A stretch of 64,000 nt of DNA, taken from contig OZ024743.1 of assembly GCA_964016885.1 (NCBI GenBank), positions 285,200,001 through 285,264,000 on the forward strand, in the 5' to 3' direction. Under the pieces are notes generated by a model. That model did no database searches and was not told the origin of the DNA. It worked only from the letters and a program-made list of their open reading frames with translations. Each line of letters begins with the position of its first letter. The stretch's first letter is position 1. Below are positions 36,991-50,600 of this stretch, in pieces. This DNA comes from Eledone cirrhosa. Its lineage: Eukaryota. Made by a program: the position numbers and the translations under genes.

Positions 36991-38819
36991 TTCATGAACG
37001 CTAACATTATACATCTAGTGAAAATGACTTACTTAATTTTTTTTTAATCTTCATAAATCCTCTATATTCAAAGTGGTGGCACTTTATACAGCGGTGTCAT
37101 ACAATCTGCCTTTTACTCTGAAAGAGGAACCTTTTTTACCAGAAGTAAGAGGTCCCTGGACTTTGTCGACTCTGTTCTTAGTCTGACTACTATTTCAGAA
37201 TATTCACTTCCAATGTTAATTAGGCCACTTAACCCTTTAGCATTTAAACCAGCCATATCCAGCCAGAATTCTCTCACTTCTTTCTGTTCAAACTGGTCAT
37301 AACCAGCTGCTCATACTTATGTTAAGATACTGCTCTCAAAATAGATAATATCAAAATCTCAAAGATTCCATATAATGTGAGATAAAGCCTTTACTGTGAA
37401 AATACAATAGTAAATATAGAGTAATGTGAATTGTAAAGGGTTGAGTAACAAAAGCCATCAATTACTTATAAGGAACCTTCCAGACATCGGAAGGAATCTA
37501 TTTCATCCATGCTCTTATTGCTCCTGGACATCTAGGCATAAAGTTTATTTTCTCTATTGGCTGCCTTTATTCAGTCTGCTGATATTATCGAATAGTCCTA
37601 TAGACTAGTATTGATTAACGAATCTGAACACTGCTTATTGCATTTCAAGGTAATAAGAACTGAACTCTTATTTCACTAATGCATGATATACACATATGAA
37701 CTTGCTTTCCCATGCAAACAAGAAACGAGCGTAAGGAGGATGGCATGCACCTCTCAATATACTCCTGATTTCACCCCAAATCCCTTGCTCATATTCTCCT
37801 GATTCTCTACCTCTGCCCACTTTCACCACTCTAATTCCAAAGCAGAGAGGTGGAACTTTAAGTCACAGTCTGCCAGTATACTCCTGACCCCTTCACCTCT
37901 CCTTCCTCATCTAAACCATGCTAGCATGGAAAATTAGGTTGAACTATGACTTCCCTGCTGAACCCATGTCCCCTCACTCCCATCCAACAAAGAAAGTCAA
38001 GCACACCCCACTATGTCAGACACCACCCACTTACTCAAAGGCCACCTCATGACCCAGCACTTCCTTTCCCACATTGATTTACCTCATCCCCTACCCCACT
38101 ATGCAAGTAGCATATAGACTGCAGCCTAACAAGGAAAGCCAGGCCCACCTCACATATGTTAGACACCATTTACATGCTTCAAAGCCACCTACATGACCCC
38201 CCCCCCCCTGCAAGATGTCTTTATTCCAACTCCACTTCTTATTAACTACTATATAGCATGCATTCCTCCCATTTATATACCCTCAATCTCCATCAATGCC
38301 TCTCCAGCCAGACCAAGGACATTGAGTACTCTGTTGTAATGAGGTAGTGCTGATGCAACAATAAAAAATACCCCAGCCGATCCTGTAAAGTGGCAGGCTA
38401 GTGCTATGATGAAACGTACCCAGTCCACATTGAAAGGTGGTAGTACTGGGCCCACCACACAAAAACCCAGCCCAACCTGTAAGGTGATAGTGCCAGAATC
38501 ACAATAAAATGCTACCAGTACACACTGTAAAGTAGGTTGGTATTAAGAAGGGCATCAAGCCATAGAAACTACATGTAAAAGCAGGATGTGGTCACCTGAC
38601 CAGTCAGGCCTCAGCATGTGATAACCCATTTAATTCATGTAAACATGAAAAATAGACCTTAAACAGTAATTATGATAAAACAGACATATATGTATATATT
38701 TACAGCAGGCTATATTGAGTCCAAATGATCAAGTTGATCACAAGCTAGAGAATATATATGGAAAAATTACACTGGACTAGACTTGAATCATAACTAGGGA
38801 ATATTTATCTCATCTGCTT

Positions 38820-39300
38820 CATGCTTCAGAATCCAAAATTAAGCAATGGTCTGGTGGATCCTTGAGGTTTATGGAAGAATTCACACACAATTTTCTTCTT
38901 TGCCCACTTATTTCCAAGAGGGTCATGGTGGTAGTCTTCAAACACTCCTTCCAGTAGGTCCTGTCTGGAGCAACCGTCTCCAATTGGTCTGGCAGGATCC
39001 CCAAGCAAGACAAGCCAAGCTTGTGTATGTCATTCAACCATCTTTTTGGGGTCTACCCCTGGGTCTCCTGCCAGTTGGTTTTGCCCATACAATCTGTCCA
39101 GGGATTCTTTTCAGAGACATTCTAACCACATGTCAACACTATCATAGCTGTGATCTCTCAATTCGGAGAAACTTTCTGATCTTTGAACTACATACTCTAT
39201 CAAGTAACATTACTCCAAAGACCCTTATGAGGAACCCCATTTCTGCTGCTTGTATTTTTAAGGTCATTACTCAACACTCCTGACCATAGGGTAAGAGTTT
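38820..39300 (-). mobile_element. RTE-like 3' fragment
   Basis: Minus strand encodes GRRPRGRPQKRW.NDIHKLGLSCLGI, an RTE C-terminal motif. Confidence 0.65.
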
Positions 39301-40509
39301 ACATCAATACCGAATTGAAGATACCAAGCTTGGCTTTTACACCAACCTCACTTCTTCTGATATGCACACACATTGTACATTGACAATTATAGGTGCAGTC
39401 TATCAAATAGATTTTAACAAAACAATATGCAATGGTTGCAAAGTGTGAAGTTAATAGGTTAGTAATATTCTTTATCAAAGTTATTAAGATATAGTGGCAA
39501 AACACCTGTTCTGGTAATAAGCAAATATCCTAATTTTGCACCTTTGTTAAAAATGAAAAAATTAAAAATAGTAAAAATGAAAAATTCTGAACACAAGAAT
39601 TACTATTTCTAAATAAAATAGAAGTGAAATAATTTCAACTGATAATTAAAACCACGTATTGTACCAAATTTAATTTATTGATGATGAATGAATGAATGAA
39701 TGAATGCAAAAAATACTAGTTTTGTTCTCAAAAACAAAGATGCACATGGCAGTGCCCTAGCACAGCTTCAGCCTGTTGGCTGGAACATGTAGAATAATAG
39801 AATTTTAGGTCAAGTTTCCAGCAATGCCAGAATCAATACAAAAAGTAAGAAAAAGGTATATCACTAAGCAAGGAATTAACACAAACTACAAGAATTTATA
39901 TCTGAACAATCCTTGAGTAAGCAATAAGTTAAATTAGGAATTTGGAAAACTAAAATGAATTGCTTATCTATTTTACTAACCTACTGCAATCAAAAATTCT
40001 AATAAACACTGATGTACATAATAGTGATAAATGAATCTCACATAAACAGGTCTTAAAAAGTTAACAGTAATGATACATCATCTGTCTTTTACTGTCCAAA
40101 CATTCAAGAACTAATATTTCCAAAAGTGCCAGGTGATTTGAGAAACATATTTTTGTATCACTGGTATGACTATAAAATATTGGTTTCTGTTGAATAGGCA
40201 TACCACCTGATTTTCTTAGAGTTAAAATGGGTTGTTCTGAAATTTGTTTTTCCAATGCAAGCGAAATAATTTTAATTGAGAATTGAAACCAGGTGTAAAT
40301 ATCTTAATGCCTCAAGATTTTCCTAATACTTTTGAGCAGTGACTGTGCTATTGTGATAAAATGCTTAACACAAATATAAATACAAACCTTATAGAACTTT
40401 TGTAAACTTTATATAAAAGTAGGCAGCTTCTGAGATAATAAAAAAAATATGAAAACAAAAATCTTATCGTTCTGATATAGTATCATCAAAACGCACAAAT
40501 TAAAAACAA

Positions 40510-41280
40510 TAATTTCTAATTTAGACAGAAGGCCAACAATTTGTGGGAAAGAGAAAGTCGATCACATTGACCCTATTTCGTGACTGGTACTTTATTTTTA
40601 TCAACACTAGAAAGATGAAAGACAAAAGTGACCTTCACAGGATTTGAATTCTGAATGTAAAAAGTCATAACTAAATGCTGCAAGGCATTTTGTCCGACAC
40701 TAACAATTCTGCCAATTCACCTCCCTCACAATAATATAATTGTTTCTACTTTTGGCACAAGGCCAGCAATTACCCCAATGCATTACCGGTGCTTTATTTT
40801 ATTAACCTCGTAAGGATGAAAGGCAAAGTTAATCTTGGCGGGATTTGAACTCGGACTGTAAAGGGCCGCAACTCTATGATGTAAAAACATGGTGTCCGAC
40901 CCTCAACTGATACTGCCAATCCACAATAATATAATAATAATAATAATGAAAAAAACCTCTTGCAAATAGCACAGGTTCACAAATTTATAATCATTTATAA
41001 GCATTGAGTTAGGTACATAGCTTTGTTTCTTATTAGTTGCTAAAATAAGTACCAATGTCAACACTGGCAGAATCTGAACTATGATTTTGTCATATATTAC
41101 TTAAACAATAACAATTTCTAATTTAGGCACAAAGCCAACAATTTCTGAGTAGGAAAAAATTGATTACATCAATCCTGGTATGTGAGCAATACTTTATTTT
41201 ACTGACCTTGACGGGATTTGAATTCAGAACATAAAGCATTTTGTTTGACACTAATGATTCTACCAATTCACTACCCTAAC
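40510..41280 (-). mobile_element. Cluster of three SINE copies of a second family (Nin/Deu-like centre)
   Basis: Copies at ~40510-40730, 40745-40925 and 41115-41275 with GGCACAAGGCCAGCAA, AAGGATGAAAGGCAAAG and GGGATTTGAACTC (B box reversed). Others lie at ~470-510, 57405-57460 and 61330-61520. Confidence 0.75.
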
Positions 41281-41595
41281 AATAATAATGATAATATTAT
41301 GAAACAGCAAAAACTATGTCCATTGTTCTTGGTTTAGTGCTCTGGTTTTTAATGAATTGTTCTTGTCAATTAATTTCATTTGAAGATAGCTCATTAGAAA
41401 AAAATGATAGATATGATACAAATATGAGTTTTAAAAAATACATATAAAAAGATGATATATTTACATATATTGTGTGTAATATATAAAAAAAGAACTGTAC
41501 AATTTACAAACAAACCATTGTTGTACACATGTATATAACAACTCTTTGGAAAACCAGTGAGAAAATGGATGATTTCCAAATAAAATACGCTTTCA

Positions 41596-41654
41596 TTAAA
41601 GTACTTGGGAGAGATCATTGTGGGCTTTTTGAAGAATTTCAGCAGCAGTTTCAC
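41596..41654 (-). CDS. BORA: BORA putative terminal exon 10
   Basis: ttattttcag|SETAAEILQKAHNDLSQVL*; the phase matches the GTAAGT donor at 42360. Confidence 0.6.
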
Positions 41655-44600
41655 CTGAAAATAAAACAGAAATCTAATTCATAAATATATAATTAAATTA
41701 ATACTTGAGAAATGGATTTTCTGTACAGTTGAAACATTTTTTAAACATTTCTAACAGAAAGAGAACATCTACATGTCAACAGCAATGCTGTAAATTAATG
41801 TTACAGTTGTGTAGTTCTTAGGTCTGTAGCTCAACCAAAAATATGAAAAATACTTACTACCACTAAATATGTTAGAAAAATAATCTATTTTCCAATGATG
41901 TAAAAATATTTTAAAGCAGTTTTTCATCTTAGCATTCATAATATTGATGGTCTTAGATATTGTCTTTATAAATCAAGATATCTTGATTTATTCATACAAA
42001 AATTACAAAACTGAAAAAAAAATGTGACTTTCTGTGATTCACAGACACACACACATTGCAATCTAATTTATTGCCTTCATTTGAACATATCAAGCAGAAT
42101 AACTCAGATAACTAGCTAAATATTCACCTACATAGTTGTGTAATCTAGCTGAGAGAACTTTCAATTAGACAATGACATGACACTGTATTTATTTTTCACA
42201 ATATACATTCGATTCTTTTTATATATAATTTACTGAATGTGATAATTCTAAGTACACTGATGCTCCCCCCAAATCTGTGGATGTGGTGTATTTAACTCAT
42301 TAGTAAACCAATTACTGTAACATAATACCAAAAGATATTTAATAGGAATGGTTTACTTACTTGCAGATTTATAAAAGTCCTTGCCTGTTGGAGTTGAAGC
42401 ACCAATAGGATGCCATTGGAAATTTGAAGTTTCATCAGAAGTGTTTTTTAAGATTTTGAGATGCTGTTTGTCTATTTCAGTTATATGTAAGTGAGATGTT
42501 AAATTAAGCATCTTGTGAGCTCGCTCAACTACGTCTACATAATCAAGAACAGAGTCATCTATAACAGCCTTTTCTAGGCATAATTTGTTCCTAAAAAGTG
42601 AAGCATGGTTAGGTTTGTTATGTGAAGGTTGATCTACAATATATTTATCTGTGTCTGCAACATCTTGTAATGATGATGATGTATACATGAAGCCAGATTT
42701 AGAATTTTGAGAAATTTCTGATCTTGAAGGTAGTGAACTAGCATTGTATGACATGTACCCCGTATCTTGTTGAGTTGTTGACACACCTTGCAAGCTGTCG
42801 ACATTAGTCACTTCAAATTTGGAAGGCATCATGCTGATATTGTTGGAGGTTGATAAGACACTAGTCATTTCAAAATAATTCATTGAAACGTTACTTTTCA
42901 GTTGAGCTTCTGGAACTTTCTTGACACAAAACAGTTGAACATCATTTGAAGGAAGTTTGTCTGTTTCTTTGGTCATATAAATGTCAGAAGACAAGGGGAA
43001 AACATATCTCTGAACGACATTTGATAAAGTACTATCCTCTGTTGGTGCCCTTAATTCTTCTAAAGTACTTAAGCTGTCTGAGTCCATTTTAGTACAATTG
43101 ACCAATTCCTCTTCTTTTTGAACTGATGAAAACATAGGTGAGATTCCTTCAATGCAATTAGCTTTTAAGACACTTGTAGAATTTCCAGAATGTTTAACAC
43201 AAGGTGAAGAAACTGGGGTTTTCATTGCACTTTCCATGGGAACATCACCTGGATTTTTTTTTTTAAGATGGAAAAAATATAATTTTCAAAAATACTGGAA
43301 GTGATGGACAGGAGATAAGTATGCAATATTGAATATGAGGGAGTCAGTTTTGATTTAAATTATTCTCAGCAGAATCAATATTTGTGTCCAACTTATACTA
43401 GAGGTTACCTCAGGTTTCACAGGAGATAGAGAGAGAGATCTTCTCTTGTTAGGAATATTACTCTATCATCATTCAGCATTGGAAGTTAACAAATTACTCA
43501 TTTGTTATACAGTGCCCCTGTTACCTAGAGGGATTAAATATTCTCATTATACCTATCAACAGCAATTAGAACTGATCGTCTATGCAATAAATAGTATAGT
43601 GTTAGGAATGAAATATACTGTGTATACTTGTATACAAGCTGAGAAATATGTAACAAAAAAAAACAAAAAAAAAAACGATGGTAAAATGTGGGAGGGGTCG
43701 AATTATATTTGATGTTAATATTTTGCCAATTTTCACCAACTTCAAAATTCTAGATAAAAACTGGTGTAATATTCACGTTTGGAGGTGAATATTACACTGA
43801 TTTCAGTTTTGTCATGAAATTCAGATTTCCTATTGTTTTTGATACGTTTTGAATGAATACGGCCTTCAAAATGGTAAAAAATTGGTAAAATATCATTATG
43901 TAATGGAGTTATGAAACAAAAACTATACTCTAAATGACTTAAAACATTTTAAATAGCAAAATATTAAAACTTCACAAGAATTTCAAAACTGCTTATAAAC
44001 GGGGTTTTAATATTTGCCCATTTTCAGGCATAAAATAGGAGGGTTAACTTATATTCGGATCAGCTTTTATTCCAGTATATATGGTAAATTATTGACACTC
44101 AGGAAGGTAGGGTAATATCCTAATGATTCAATCAACTATAAATTATATCCAATAGTCAGCTGAGTGTTATCCTAAAGACTCAGCTAACCTCATTCTTATC
44201 TAATGTGCCAGCTAGTTTATATCATAACGACTTTGACAACTATGACTCCTTTTTTAGCAAGCCAGTTGATATCTCATCTGATAGCAAGTTGATATCTCAT
44301 TGAGCAACTCACTAATATAATAATTCTCATCTGAAAGATTTAGAAATACAAAAGAGTTGTTTATCTGCAACAGGAACACTACTAACTAAACTGTTAAAAA
44401 ATCAGGGGATCAACAAGTTATGAATCTTTTGTATTTCATGAGAAGAAATATGATGGATCAATTAACTCTTACTTTTATACTGTTTCAGTCTTTAATGGAA
44501 GAACATTGATATAGTTTAAAATTGGGATCCCAGAATGTTGGATCACACAGTTAAAGGACACAGGATGAGATACATTGAAAAAATGTCCAATCTATATCAA

Positions 44601-47600
44601 TCATCATTTAATGTCCATTTTCCATGCTAGCATGGGTTAAATGAGTTGTCCCATTGAGACAAATCAGATCAGATGACCATGTCTTGTTCACACAGAACTA
44701 TTTCTGGCTTGGTTTCTACAGCTAGATGCTCTTCTTAATACTAACCACATTTACAGTGTGGACTGGGTGGTTTTTATAGTGACACCAAAACTGACCAACT
44801 AACAGGTTGGACTGAGTACATTTCATCGTGTCACCAACACGACCACCTCACTGGGCGGACAAGGTGCTTTTTGTATATCACCAACACAACCACCTTGCAG
44901 AGTGGGCTGGGTGCTTTTTGTCATGTTCCCAATACAACCACTTTACAAAGTGGACAGGGTGCTTTTTGTCATGTCACCAACACAACCATTTTACAAGGTG
45001 GACTGGGTGCTTTTTGTCATGTCACCAACACAACCACCTTACAGGGTAGGCTGTCAATATGGAAAAATAAATATTAAAACACTGAAAATGATGATGTGGA
45101 AATAGCAAACCAGGATATAGCTTCATTTGAAACATCATATCATTCTCAAAGTCCCATAATATATTATGCAAAATATGGATAATTAAGTCTTGTTATATTG
45201 TCATTTGAAACTACATTTAAATTAGAGACAGAAGAAAATAATTTAAATACCTGATATGTTGAGAGAGGCCATTTCCGATGAATGGCTTTCTAAATTAATC
45301 GGTGATACACAAGGGCTAAATAAACGCTTGCCTGAATCTTCTAAAGAACCTAAAGAATGTCGACGGAAACTTGATGGAGATGATGAATGGTGGATTGGTG
45401 ATATGACAGTTCCACTGCAGTCTAAAGCGTCTCCAGATATGTGTGACTTGTAACGACGATTGCGATGAATCACAGGACTTGAAGATAATGGATTCTGAAA
45501 GTTTAAAAATTCAAATTATTCTGTAATATATTTATAGAAAATGGATGTATGAAATAATATTACACTTTTACTTTCTTAGTATTAGCATGAATATGTACTA
45601 TAGGGACTTAAATATGTTGCTTCTTCCCTGCAATGATGTTAAAGTGCTGGTGCAAACTGACCTAAAAGTCATTCATCCAAACTCTTTATGTTGAGTCACC
45701 AACTTACACAATTTATATTGCTTGCCTTCAGTTTCACTGCTTAGTTGAAAATAAGTTTCATTTCTATTTTGTCATGGAGTAGTTTTCCATGGGAAGAAAA
45801 AAACTAGCTACAAAAACATGTTCCAATAATTTGAATTCAAAATTTCAGACAATAGCCCTATTGATGTGAATATGAAAAAATGGCAGTAAAATAAATATCA
45901 AATTCACCGGTGTTAACAACTTAAAATTACGCTTCTAAGTCTTGTACAGTACTACATCATTCCTTTCTATTTCTCTCAAAGTCTTTGTTAAATTAGTACA
46001 GTTTTGCTTCTCTCTGATTCTTTCTTTTCATTTGAAGTACATAACATGTTAGTAGGTAAGTAATCTCAACTTTAGCGATTTTGAAAGGTGATATCTCTGC
46101 AGACATGTTCACATGTAAAGTTGATAGCAAAGTATGTATGTATGGACCTGAAACTTCTGGTGAAGACGTTGGGGTGCTTTCGTGAAATACATCATGTCTT
46201 GGGCATTTTAAACCAGACAGAGACTATCCCTCTCACCAGATTTGAACACAGTCAATTTCTTCCAGAGAGAAAGATATAGAGAAAGAATTGACTCCCAATA
46301 CTGAAAAGGCACATTTTTTTATCAGCCTCAAAAGGATGAAAGGCAAAGGGATGTGAATATAGAGCACAGAGAGCTGGAGAAATACAACTTTCTAATGCCT
46401 CTGCCAATTAGCCACCTGTGATAGCAAGGTAAAATAGACTGGGTTGAGTGAAATAAACACAACCATAAAGTGTACATGTATACTAACTGCTGAGGCACAC
46501 CTGTCCCAGTCAGGTGTGGTGGGTATAGGAGCAGGTAATTCACCATCACTGAAGGACTCATCAGATCTGAAAGTAGAAACAATTACACCAATATTCCACC
46601 ATCCAATTTTTAATGGTTTGTGAGTGTGCAAACATTGTGAAAATATATTTCCAGTGACAAAAGGAAATATGTGCACATTGAATTCTTGAGAGCATGTTTA
46701 ATAAGACCATCTCAATAAGGAATGACTGATTTTATTATCAAAGCTGGTGACTTTAAAGGACATATTGGGCAACTCTACGATTGTTTCTTTAGTGTACGTG
46801 GAGATTATAGATATGGTACAACAAATGAAGAGAGTTCAAGGTTCTTGGAGTTCTGTGATGCAAATGACCTAAACATTTACAACACTAACTTCATGAAACT
46901 GACCAGCCATCTAATCACTTACAAATCAAGTTAATACTCAAGTCAAATAAGCTTCATTCTCAACAAAAAATGGTTGTGAATACTAAGTTTTTTCTCTAGT
47001 AAATAATGTACTACTCAACATAGATTAGTGATTAGTGACATCAGAGTAAAAACTAGATAGACTCAGAGACACAAGACAAACTGGAAATGAAAGATAAGGA
47101 AGCTGAAAGATGCCTCTGCCAGATGAAGGTTCAAAGAATTCCTAGGTGATGTGTATACCAAGGAGATAGAAGACTATAACATATAGGAGACCTAGGAATT
47201 TTTATGATATAATCTATTCATCATCATCAACGTTTAACGTCCGTGTTCCACGCTTGCATGGGTTTGGACGGGGGTATTCCCACTTGAGGCAAGAGTGATT
47301 GTCTTGCTCGCATAGGACTGTCTGGCAGGTTTTCTAGTTGGATGCCCTTCCTAACACCAACCACATTTACAGTGTGGGTCTGGGAGGTTTTTACCGTGTT
47401 GCCTACACGGCCACATTACAGCGTGGACTGTGTGTTTTTTGTCGTGACACCTACACAATCTCATTTGTTTCGGCCTGGATGGTGTGGCACCAACATAACT
47501 TTACATAGGAGGGGGTGGGGTGGGGTGGGGGGGTGTATTTGTGAACAACAAACCATATTTGTACTTGGAGCCACATACCTACTAGATAGACATGATAATG

Positions 47601-50600
47601 GTATAGTGCAATACATAGAGCTGTACTAAAGAAGACTATGCAAGAATGGAAAAATGAATATGATGGTGATAATGTTGTTAAGATAACTTTGATGTGTATT
47701 TCAGAGTATAATAAACAACCCAAAATAGGATACATTCCCAACGAGATTCTGTGAATCTTAGAACCAACAATACAAATTTCCATATTGTCTGAATGATTCT
47801 CTTGCATTGCTATTATCTCTATGGTTGTAAGGAGTGGTTCTGCTTTGGATCGTTAAGAGTAACATGAATATTCATCAACCGACATTAAAAAAATCTTTTC
47901 CATAGAAATATTTGATAAAACATGAGGAGCCTCAAGACCATTAAACTTAGATGCCACCAAAGAAAAAAAATCTAAGATATGAAACTGTCCAAGTTTAACA
48001 TCCAAGCAGAGACTGTATATCATTAACAGTAACTGATGTTTGTACAACTTTTCAGTATATCAAATATCAGCTTTACATATTCCCATAATTCAGAAGATGA
48101 ACTATATTGATGCCATCACATTGACACTGAATGGTTTAATGACTACACTATTCTATTTAAAAACATTTTGTTTAGACAAAGTATTCAATGCTTCCACTGT
48201 CAATTAAAGCATGTACTGATTAATTGTAGTGCACGTGAGTACTGTACACAATAATTTTATTATTATCATTATTAATTACAATATCAATAAAAGCATAGGA
48301 GAAAGGATCCAATACAGCTGAAAATCATATTTTTTGAAAATTTATTGTATTGGAGATTGGTTTATAATAGCATCCTATGGGTTTATTGCAAGATTTGCAA
48401 ACCTTAAAAAATAGTATTTCTCTCACACTTGCAACTTATAACATCACTTACCATACATTTTCTCCAGTCATGTCTACTTCTTCCAACAAAAAGAGACATT
48501 CTTCAAAGCAGCTGCTAAAATAGATTCCTGCTTGGTGTCCTTCATAACAATAATAGTATTTACAGAAATATCATAGTTCTAAATGCTTGTATTTTTAGAA
48601 TTAAGTCCATATTTCACAAAAATGTCATCCACTGCTTTAATCTAGATATCCTTTAGGCAATTTATTGCATCCTCATAACTGTCACAAGTTGCAATTAATT
48701 CAAATACTTTGTCATGGTCACAAATATTAGCAAGAAATTCTTTTAAAGTATGTAATCAATATTTGGATTCTAAAGAGGCTGACACTGATCAAGAAGGAAT
48801 TGTATTGAATTTTGGGGGATGTTGAGCTCTGTCCATCTTTGATTCTCAGAATAAAAAGTAACAATAAGAGATATCAAAGACTTTATTCAATGAGTAATGC
48901 TACGACTCAACATCTAGCTTAAAAGAAAGCACTCGCCCATCATGTGTGACATACAATTAAAAAGAAAAAACATAGAATCACAACCTTCAAAAATTCAAAC
49001 TGAAAATTAATCATTCCAACAATGACCCTATATCCAACTACAGAAGAGTAGGGAAACAATATGTACACCAATCTTCCTCCACAGACTAAATTATCAATTA
49101 AAAGTATTTATGTTGGCTCCTGAATAAAGATTTTTATCCCATCATCTCATAAAATGTTAACATGATCTGGCATCTATTATCAACAGGTAGGTGAACAAAG
49201 TCATATAGAAGATTCAGTATATTTCTCAAATACACAATAAAAGACCCGCAGTAGATTTGCTAAATAAAAAAATTAAGTTAGTTGTTCAGTATCATATCTA
49301 CTTAGCCATGTTGCTTCTGCATGTAAAAGTTAAATACTAGCATGGTAAATGGATATTAAACAATGATGATGATTAAGGCTGATATAAATGATTAACACTG
49401 TTATACATCATTACCATTTAACATCTATTTTTCCAAACTTGCATGGGTTTGATAACATTTTACAGTTTTTATTTTATTTTCAAGAAAACACAAATCACAG
49501 GTTACCTACCTGGCCCTATTGCTGCTTATCATACTACTGTCACTCTCCTGAAACTCTTGACAGAAAAGTTTGCGTCGAAGACTAGTCGTGCCAAATGAGT
49601 CTGACTGGCTATTTTCAGAGTAACTCTTTTTTTCATCATAAGTCATGTATTCACCTATAAGTATCAATTGTGTTATTAATAATAATAATAATAATAATAA
49701 TGAAATTATTGTGTACAGTGCTCAGGTGCACTACAACTCATCAAAGGTGCATGTATAGTACATAGAATAATGTACAAATGTCAGGAAAATAAACAGTGTA
49801 TGAGTCATGATATAATAACAATAACAATAATGAAATATTGTGCACAGTGCCCAGGTGCACCACAACCCATCAAAAAAGTGCATGTACAGTACATAGGGCA
49901 ATGCACAATCATCAGTAAAATGAACAGTGCACGAGTCATGATACACACATGTGTGCATGTGTATGGAAGGGGCACATCAGGTGTAGTTTTGGCGTATTTC
50001 GGGAAGCATGAGTGTCTTAAAGGATGCAGTGTCTCGGCAGCTTACAATTGACGCAGGCAGTTTGTTCCACGCTTCAGCAACTCTGAGCGTGAAAAAATGT
50101 CTGCGAAAGTCATGGGAGCTGTGCTGTTTTCTTATCTTGTAGGCATGTCCACGTGTGTTAGACACATGGAGATCAAAGAGGCGCTCAGGGTTGCAGTTGG
50201 CGAGATGGTTAAAAACTTTGTGGGTATTCACCAAGTCCATTGCCAGACGTCGGAGCCTCAATGAATCCATGCCCAGGGAAGCAAGGCGTTCAGAGTATGG
50301 TAGGTGTCTGATGGAGGGTATGCGCTTGGTTGCACGTCTCTGAACAGTTTCCAGGAGGTCAATGTTCCGAGCAAGATAGGGGTTCCAGACTGATGATGCG
50401 AATTCCAAGTGTGGTCGCACCATAGCTGTATACAGTTTTAAATAGATGGCTGGAGAGCGGCTAACAAAGGTCTTGCTGAGTGATGCCAAGACACCCTCGG
50501 CCTTCTTGACAATCTTAGAGACATGCTTTGTCCAACGCAAATCGTTGCTGACAGTAATGCCCAGGTCACGTTCACAAGAGGACTTTTTGATGTCAGTGTT

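Noticed and set aside
46240-46302. Extra BORA exon after an acceptor-like TTTTCAG
   Set aside because: Exons 7 and 8 already join in phase and the translation shows no BORA-like features.
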